From an uncultured virus (IMG/VR IMGVR_UViG_3300043774_001054) (Duplodnaviria; Heunggongvirae; Uroviricota; Caudoviricetes), in the IMG/VR virus record IMGVR_UViG_3300043774_001054, positions 53,458 through 73,457 of that record: DNA of 20,000 nt; one strand, 5' to 3'. Positions 15,736-20,000 of this stretch are shown here, in pieces; position 1 is the first letter of the stretch; the number at the start of each line of letters is the position of its first letter. The position numbers and the translations under genes were made by a program. The notes below the pieces were generated by a model. It saw nothing but the letters and a program-made list of their open reading frames with translations. It had not been told where the DNA came from and did no database searches.

Positions 15736-15988
15736 TGAATTTGGGAGGATTAATGATTACCTCCATCGTCCTAGTGTTTTCAGTTATTCAGTCATATGGT
15801 GCCGTCGCACCTTAATAGTCCGCTTGTCATTGTATTTCATGCTTACAAGACTATACCTCTGGTTGCTTAGGTTGGCCGACCCAAGTTTTCAGCGTAGTAC
15901 CTTACCTACTTACACATTGTAGAACTGAGTGATGTTCTTCACACCACCCATGCGTTAGCCCCATTAGAAAGGCTTATTCCGCCACAAA
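15736..15988 (-). ncRNA. Putative large structured ncRNA A (about 250 nt)
   Basis: At least 7 helices, e.g. TGGGTGGTGT/ACATCACTCA, CTTGGGT/ACCTAAG, ATAGTC/GACTAT, GGTGC/GCACC, GGAGG/CCTCC; ends TTCA. Confidence 0.7.
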
Positions 15989-16008
15989 AATTAAAAAAGA
16001 ACAAAAAT

Positions 16009-16295
16009 TAGTGGGACCGTGGATTAATGCCACGCACCGGTCTGTCCCGTAACCTGCTGGTAGAACTTGTATCCAGCCAAGGCATTGGTTTAAAGAGTGA
16101 CAATGCTTCCTCTCCAGGGTGTCGGGCAGTTTAAGTGCACCGACAAAATTTCTCTCATTCCGGCAACGTCAGCATACAGTCCCGACCAGTGCCTATTCCA
16201 CTATTATCGAGATTCTACAACTGTTGCAGACCGTGGTGACAATAGGTTCGTGAAACCAGTTGCAGAATGAGAGTCCAAGGAGATCAAGCCTTGGA
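16009..16295 (-). ncRNA. Putative large structured ncRNA B (about 290 nt) with tRNA-minihelix-like 3' end
   Basis: TCCAAGG/CCTTGGA, CTCTCATTC/GAATGAGAG, TGCAACTG/CAGTTGTA, TGTCGG/CCGACA; GGGAC/GTCCC-ACTA plus 5-bp/7-nt arm. Confidence 0.7.
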
Positions 16296-16362
16296 AAGTT
16301 TTTAGAAAGAACAAAACCGAATTGTAACGAGTGAGCCTCTATTCGTGGCTTTATATAAAAAG

Positions 16363-16536
16363 TCAAGATTTAAAGAATGCCGTTAGTAAAGTTCCGAAAA
16401 AGCAAACAACATTACCAACAAGCAAAGAGATAGAATATTTGTTCCAGCTCCGCATAAAGCCTGGGCGGTCCACGATGACTTTCCAGAAGGTGAATAACCA
16501 ACCAGCGAAGAACAACAAAGTTAATATTAGTTTCAT
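16363..16536 (-). CDS. Small two-TM membrane protein (57 aa)
   Basis: Manual translation MKLILTLLFFAGWLFTFWKVIVDRPGFMRSWNKYSISLLVGNVVCFFGTLLTAFFKS; TTGACT -35-like box upstream; not in the ORF track. Confidence 0.65.
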   Translation of the reverse strand: MKLILTLLFFAGWLFTFWKVIVDRPGFMRSWNKYSISLLVGNVVCFFGTLLTAFFKS

Positions 16537-16580
16537 AAAAGTAATAGTGAAGGGAATTTATAAAGAAAGTCAAGAAAAAA

Positions 16581-16653
16581 TGTCCACGGAGTCGAACCGT
16601 TTTTCACATAATATGATTATGGGCCACCACCTTCTAGCTAGAAAGGCTGGACA
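16581..16653 (-). ncRNA. tRNA-like RNA with canonical T loop but short acceptor and aberrant arms
   Basis: TGTCC/GGACA, ACGG-TTCGACT-CCGT, CATAA-TCATA-TTATG; no CCA. Confidence 0.6.
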
Positions 16654-16657
16654 AAAA

Positions 16658-16759
16658 TGAATCAAGTAGATGTTCGGTGTATTTGTCAATTTCCGCACCG
16701 TAGCCAATCAGCCCTAGACATATTAGGCGATTATTTTCATTAAACGGGTATCTACTTGA
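16658..16759 (-). ncRNA. Putative stem-closed ncRNA ending TTCA
   Basis: 10-bp closing stem TCAAGTAGAT/ATCTACTTGA; internal CGGTG/CACCG and AATC/GATT helices. Confidence 0.6.
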
Positions 16760-16762
16760 AAT

Positions 16763-16833
16763 TGAATCAGTGGTGAAGTTGCAGCAATTTATCTTCACTT
16801 TACATATACCTGCTTGGATAGTATCCTCACTGA
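16763..16833 (-). ncRNA. Mini tRNA-like RNA ending TTCA
   Basis: TCAGTG/CACTGA stacked on GTGAAG/CTTCAC; small GGAT/ATCC hairpin. Confidence 0.6.
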
Positions 16834-16837
16834 AAAT

Positions 16838-16958
16838 TAGATAGAATCGTATAGGCCGTGAAGATTTCAAGAGTCTTTGGGTCTTGCCATCCGTCGCACC
16901 CTGCGAAGTCCAATTAGGCCGAAAGAGCGGCATTTTTGTAACCTCTGATACGATTCTA
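16838..16958 (-). ncRNA. Putative stem-closed ncRNA ending TCTA
   Basis: 11-bp closing stem TAGAATCGTAT/ATACGATTCTA; internal GCCG/CGGC and TCGCA/TGCGA. Confidence 0.6.
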
Positions 16959-16980
16959 AAAGTTTTTAAAGAACAAAAAT

Positions 16981-17050
16981 TGGTGGACTTTATCGTTGCC
17001 CGACGACGGTGGATTTATACCACAGGCTCCGTACTGATTACCGTTTGCCA
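16981..17050 (-). ncRNA. Possible degenerate or permuted tRNA-like element ending ACCA
   Basis: 3' GTCCACCA; internal GTGG-TATAAAT-CCAC hairpin; no clean cloverleaf. Confidence 0.35.
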
Positions 17051-17061
17051 TTTTTTCAAAT

Positions 17062-17138
17062 TGGTGCCTCCTCCGAGATTCGAACTCGGAACCCACTGAT
17101 TAAAAGTCAGCAGCTCTGAACCGTTGAGCTAAGGAGGC
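17062..17138 (-). tRNA. tRNA-Lys(TTT)
   Basis: Canonical cloverleaf, loop CTTTTAA, CCA. Confidence 0.95.
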
Positions 17139-17173
17139 GTAAATTGTAAATGAACGAAATTAATTATGGTACA

Positions 17174-17202
17174 ATCATACACATATTCATTTAAAAGTAA
17201 AC
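17174..17202 (-). promoter_or_regulatory. Early promoter within the tRNA island
   Basis: GTTTAC-N17-TATGAT. Confidence 0.8.
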
Positions 17203-17209
17203 AACAAAA

Positions 17210-17285
17210 TGGTGCCCCCGAGGGAATTCGAATCCCTGTATGCACCGTGAAAGGGTGATGTCCTAGGCCACTAGACGACGGGGGC
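17210..17285 (-). tRNA. tRNA-Glu(TTC)
   Basis: Canonical cloverleaf, CCA. Confidence 0.95.
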
Positions 17286-17314
17286 AATAAAAATGTGTTT
17301 TAAAAGAACAAAAG

Positions 17315-17389
17315 TGGTGCCCCGAGAGGGAATCGAACCCCCATTAACCGCTTAGAAGGCGGTGGTCCTATCCGTTGAACGACCGAGGC
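17315..17389 (-). tRNA. tRNA-Arg(TCT)
   Basis: Canonical cloverleaf, A20, CCA. Confidence 0.95.
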
Positions 17390-17443
17390 ATTAAAAAGAA
17401 CTAAAACCGAGACACTTGAAGTGTTGCTCAATTTCATAATACA

Positions 17444-17519
17444 ATCATACATCAATGTCGGTCAAAGTAAAACAAATAATGCAACTTCGACTGTGTTTAA
17501 GTTGTTGATGGTCAACAAC
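17444..17519 (-). promoter_or_regulatory. Early promoter with upstream palindrome
   Basis: TTTTAC-N17-TATGAT (17444..17472); perfect GTTGTTGA-N3-TCAACAAC at 17501..17519. Confidence 0.75.
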
Positions 17520-17527
17520 CGCACAAA

Positions 17528-18022
17528 TTAATGGATAATGACTCTACATTTTTTTGAGGAATCTGATTTTAGAAGTGTGTCCCAGGACTTTCTCCAGCGT
17601 TTGTAATTCGTGGGGCAAAAGCTACCCTCTGGAATTTTCTGGTGGGTATCAGATTCAACACTATCCTTCTTCATGGAATCAAACCCCCACATATGAATCT
17701 CCGTGTAACCGTTCTGCATTAACCAGAACACTCCACGATGCCCAGTGGATTCACCAGCCCTCAGTTGATGATGCATTACATCTCGAATCTCGGGAGCCGG
17801 ATTGCATTGAGTCGCAATCTTTTTAATTGCATTCGGGATGATGACGGGAAAATTCAACTTCAGTTTATTGTTATGGATGTGGTTGATCACCACCTTGTCC
17901 ATAATGAAGGTCGCCTTGAGCGGCAACGCAGGGTCCGACAGGTTACATCCAAAGATGTCACCCTGAGGCGTATTGATAAAATCCTTTCGAGAAGGACCGT
18001 TTCCGAGAATATGTGCAATCAT
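17528..18022 (-). CDS. Hypothetical protein with a DUF115/sialyltransferase-like Rossmann signature
   Basis: ILGNGPSR, STGH and EIHMWGFDS motifs. Confidence 0.75.
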   Translation of the reverse strand: MIAHILGNGPSRKDFINTPQGDIFGCNLSDPALPLKATFIMDKVVINHIHNNKLKLNFPVIIPNAIKKIATQCNPAPEIRDVMHHQLRAGESTGHRGVFWLMQNGYTEIHMWGFDSMKKDSVESDTHQKIPEGSFCPTNYKRWRKSWDTLLKSDSSKKCRVIIH

Positions 18023-18026
18023 AGAG

Positions 18027-18101
18027 TGGAGCGGAAGAAGGGACTCGAACCCTCAACATCTTCGTTGGCAACGAAGTGCTCGACCATTGAGCTACTTCCG
18101 C
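18027..18101 (-). tRNA. tRNA-Gly(GCC)
   Basis: Canonical cloverleaf, U73, CCA. Confidence 0.95.
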
Positions 18102-18113
18102 AAATTGTTTAAG

Positions 18114-18189
18114 TGGAGCTTCCAATCAGGGTTGAACTGATGACCTCGTCCTTACCAAGAACGTGCTCTACCAGCTGAGCTATGGAAGC
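18114..18189 (-). tRNA. tRNA-Thr(GGT)
   Basis: Canonical cloverleaf, CCA. Confidence 0.95.
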
Positions 18190-18214
18190 GTTTGGTATAT
18201 GTATACATGATAAA

Positions 18215-18291
18215 TGGTGCCTCAGGTGGGAGTCGAACCCACAAAATTTAGATTCTAAATCTAACACGTATGCCAATTCCGTCACCGAGGC
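18215..18291 (-). tRNA. tRNA-Leu(TAG), short variable loop
   Basis: 77 nt; loop TTTAGAA; A73. Confidence 0.9.
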
Positions 18292-18299
18292 TAAAAAAG

Positions 18300-18376
18300 T
18301 GGTGCTCGGAGAGAGATTCGAACTCTCAGCAGCTACTCCCTCAAAGTAGTGTGTTTACCAATTTCACCATCCGAGC
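18300..18376 (-). tRNA. tRNA-Leu(GAG), short variable loop
   Basis: 77 nt; loop TTGAGGG; A73. Confidence 0.9.
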
Positions 18377-18387
18377 AAAAAGTTATA

Positions 18388-18465
18388 TGGTACCCACGGT
18401 GGGAGTCGAACCCACAGTTGAACAGATTTTAAGTCTGTTGTGTCTACCAATTCCACCACGAGGGC
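18388..18465 (-). tRNA. tRNA-Leu(TAA), short variable loop
   Basis: 78 nt; loop CTTAAAA; A73. Confidence 0.9.
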
Positions 18466-18476
18466 ATAACATAAAA

Positions 18477-18550
18477 TGGCTCCCCAACTAGGGTTCGAAC
18501 CTAGACTAGGTGAGTCAAAGTCACCTGTGCTACCATTACACAATCGGGGA
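18477..18550 (-). tRNA. tRNA-Gln(TTG)
   Basis: U1:A72, loop CTTTGAC, CCA. Confidence 0.93.
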
Positions 18551-18554
18551 AAAG

Positions 18555-18631
18555 TGGTGGACCCGGTGGGATTTTAACCCACGATCTAGGGATTATGAGT
18601 CCCTTGCTTTAGGACGCTAAGCTACAAGTCC
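18555..18631 (-). tRNA. tRNA with CAT anticodon (Ile2 or elongator Met)
   Basis: Loop CTCATAA; D loop lacks GG; T loop TTAAAAT. Confidence 0.8.
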
Positions 18632-18638
18632 TCGAAAT

Positions 18639-18713
18639 TGGCTGGCAAAGTAGGACTCGAACCTACAACCCTCGCATTAACAGTGCGATGCTCTGCCATT
18701 GAGCTATATGCCA
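18639..18713 (-). tRNA. tRNA-Asn(GTT)
   Basis: U1:A72, G73, loop CTGTTAA. Confidence 0.95.
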
Positions 18714-18717
18714 AAAG

Positions 18718-18795
18718 TGGTCCGAGCGGCGGGATTTGAACCCACAGTCTTCTGCTCCCAAAGCAGACGCGATAGCCAAGTTACGCTACGCTCGG
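18718..18795 (-). tRNA. tRNA-Pro(TGG)
   Basis: C1:G72, loop TTTGGGA, CCA. Confidence 0.95.
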
Positions 18796-18802
18796 ATGAA
18801 AT

Positions 18803-18880
18803 TGGTGGTGCCGGAGGGAGTTGAACCCTCACGCTATTCCGGGTAAGAACCGGATGCCCGTCCACTGTGGCTTCAGCACC
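18803..18880 (-). tRNA. tRNA-Lys(CTT), atypical
   Basis: Loop TTCTTAC; A at position 8; 7-nt variable loop; CCA. Confidence 0.8.
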
Positions 18881-18890
18881 GAAAATAATT

Positions 18891-18974
18891 AACGTCCGAC
18901 CGATGGGTTTGCACCACGAGAGGTTCCTGAGTCAACTGTACCTCTTTGCTATCGACTTTAACGTATCGGACGTT
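18891..18974 (-). ncRNA. tRNA-like RNA with enlarged anticodon loop and no CCA
   Basis: 9-bp closing AACGTCCGA/TCGGACGTT; AGAGGT-N15-ACCTCT; T-loop-like TGG-TGCAAAC-CCA. Confidence 0.6.
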
Positions 18975-19001
18975 TAATTCCGGTAATTAATCGGAATCAA
19001 A

Positions 19002-19080
19002 ATGGCGGGATGGACGGGACTCGAACCCGCGACCTTCTGCGTGACAGGCAGACGCTCTAAACCAGCTGAGCTACCACCCC
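19002..19080 (-). tRNA. tRNA-Asp(GTC)
   Basis: Loop CTGTCAC, G73; one extra nt in the 3' acceptor strand. Confidence 0.92.
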
Positions 19081-19146
19081 TAAAGTTTCACACAGCCATT
19101 ATTGTCATTGATATAAATCGAGAGGACTACTGTGTATGTTAAATTA

Positions 19147-19356
19147 TTTGAATAGATGTAGCTTTGCTTTATATGACTACACTCCAGCGAGTTTCTTATT
19201 TACGCATAAGCTCCAACACGTTTAATGTTTCCCAATAAACGTACTGTTATGAACTCAGAGGCTTTTCGTTACTTCCATGTTTTTCCGCTGACGGTTAGAC
19301 CCCGTGCTCGTACCGAAGATGGAAACAATCTTCTACATTCCGAGCTGCTATTCAAA
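19147..19356 (-). ncRNA. Putative structured ncRNA C (about 210 nt) with candidate kissing loops
   Basis: Closing TTTGAATAG/CTATTCAAA; GCTCG/CGAGC, GAAGAT/ATCTTC, ACGTTTA/TAAACGT, CAGCG/CGCTG, TGTAG/CTACA. Confidence 0.7.
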
Positions 19357-19358
19357 AT

Positions 19359-19546
19359 TGGATCCTTCTGCCATACAAGTCTTCCAGAACATTTCCAGAA
19401 GATGAATGCACTTGTATGCGTTACACTCTTAAACCCCCTAAAGGAACGCAACCTTTTACACAGGTATAAGATTGCCCAGTTTCTTAGCAACATGGAGCTT
19501 TACCTTAGCGCCGGCGAATGTAACGGTCTGCATAAACACAGAAGAA
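19359..19546 (-). ncRNA. Putative CCA-ending structured ncRNA D (about 190 nt)
   Basis: TTCTTCTG/CAGAAGGA-TCCA; CATACAAG/CTTGTATG; CGTTACA/TGTAACG. Confidence 0.7.
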
Positions 19547-19551
19547 ATTAA

Positions 19552-19618
19552 TTTGATAGTTGATTCCGTACCCAAGACTATTAAAGCTGTCCTCATTAAG
19601 GGTGTGCTAACTATCAAA
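19552..19618 (-). ncRNA. Putative small stem-closed RNA
   Basis: 10-bp closing TTTGATAGTT/AACTATCAAA; internal ACCC/GGGT and GAC/GTC. Confidence 0.5.
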
Positions 19619-19620
19619 AT

Positions 19621-19732
19621 TGGATTGCGGGCTGGACTCGATACCAGCTGACAGCGCCAAATATCCGCGACTTAGCGGGGTCCCTTGCTGCCGTGGACTC
19701 GGAAGGCTGCGTGTCCTTCCACGCCGCCGCAA
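19621..19732 (-). ncRNA. tRNA-like RNA (112 nt) with a branched domain replacing the anticodon arm
   Basis: TTGCGG/CCGCAA-TCCA; D-like GCGTG-GAAGGA-CACGC; T-like GCTGG-TATCGAGT-CCAGC. Confidence 0.75.
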
Positions 19733-19734
19733 AT

Positions 19735-19798
19735 TGAATGCGATTGTGACCGCTTATCAGGTCACTACAAGCGTGGAGACTAAGATCCCTCTATCGCA
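19735..19798 (-). ncRNA. Mini tRNA-like RNA ending TTCA
   Basis: TGCGAT/ATCGCA plus GTGACC-TGATAAGC-GGTCAC; no anticodon arm. Confidence 0.6.
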
Positions 19799-19801
19799 AA
19801 T

Positions 19802-19876
19802 TGGCACGGACGGAGGGAATCGCACCCTCATAAGGCAGTTTTGGAGACTGCTGCACTACTAATGTACCACGTCCGT
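19802..19876 (-). tRNA. tRNA-Trp(CCA)
   Basis: Loop CTCCAAA, G73; T loop TGCGATT; D loop lacks GG. Confidence 0.9.
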
Positions 19877-19885
19877 AAAAATAAA

Positions 19886-19963
19886 TGGGGCGATCAACGG
19901 GGCTTGAACCCGTAACCCCGAAAATCACAATCTCGTGCTCTGGCCAATTGAGCTATGATCGCC
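19886..19963 (-). tRNA. tRNA-His(GTG)
   Basis: G-1:C73 eight-bp acceptor; loop TTGTGAT. Confidence 0.93.
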
Positions 19964-19968
19964 GTAAA

Positions 19969-20000
19969 TGGAGCGCCAGACAGGACTCGAACCTGCATGT
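19969..20000 (-). tRNA. Partial tRNA (3' half only; acceptor end is Gly-like)
   Basis: T arm GCAGG-TTCGAGT-CCTGT plus CTGGCGC-TCCA; anticodon lies outside the window. Confidence 0.8.

Noticed and set aside
15736..16295. RNase P RNA, SRP RNA or group I intron identity for the large ncRNAs
   Set aside because: No GAGGAAAGTCC RNase P core, SRP helix-8 motif or recognisable group I P7 elements seen by eye; needs cmscan to exclude formally
15590..17099. Track ORFs 15590..15922, 16331..16660, 16634..16933 and 16884..17099
   Set aside because: They overlap tmRNA, tRNAs or structured units, mostly use non-ATG starts and have no protein-like features
19552..19618. Hammerhead, twister or tRNA-associated theta (HDV-like) ribozyme here or in other tRNA trailers
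   Set aside because: TTAATGAG..GGAA only loosely resembles CTGANGA..GAAA, and I could not build an HDV double pseudoknot after any tRNA
18270..19862. Track ORFs 18270..18491, 19225..19551, 19269..19493 and 19620..19862
   Set aside because: Antisense to tRNAs or spanning separate stem-closed RNA units
17062..20000. CRISPR array suggested by regular tgg...gaac periodicity
   Set aside because: Periodicity comes from tandem tRNA CCA ends and T loops; no identical repeats or cas genes

Overview
This window looks like part of a large T4-like (myovirus-type) phage genome. The support is TATAAATA late promoters, GTTTAC-N17-TAnnAT early promoters, densely packed small minus-strand ORFs and an ATP-dependent DNA ligase. 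Positions 1-13.7 kb hold late envelope or structural genes (a paralogous small membrane-protein pair, a beta-helix protein, and a lipoprotein with a long coiled coil and C-terminal TM segments resembling a unimolecular spanin). They also hold early accessory genes: a metallophosphoesterase, a cyclic-phosphate-processing receiver-like protein, a HAD phosphatase, a GT2 and a methyltransferase. Positions 13.75-20 kb are a minus-strand RNA island with 19 complete tRNAs, one partial tRNA, a tmRNA with an unusually long tag and an outer-membrane beta-barrel gene. The most striking observation is about 17 further non-coding units of 45-290 nt packed between the tRNAs. Almost all are closed by an end-to-end helix, and many end in NCCA, UUCA or UCUA. 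They include tRNA mimics with inserted, branched or missing anticodon arms and several multi-hairpin RNAs. Shine-Dalgarno sites are rare and several mRNAs look leaderless, suggesting a low-SD Gram-negative host such as Verrucomicrobiota or Bacteroidota (inference). All RNA folds were made by eye and no database search was run.
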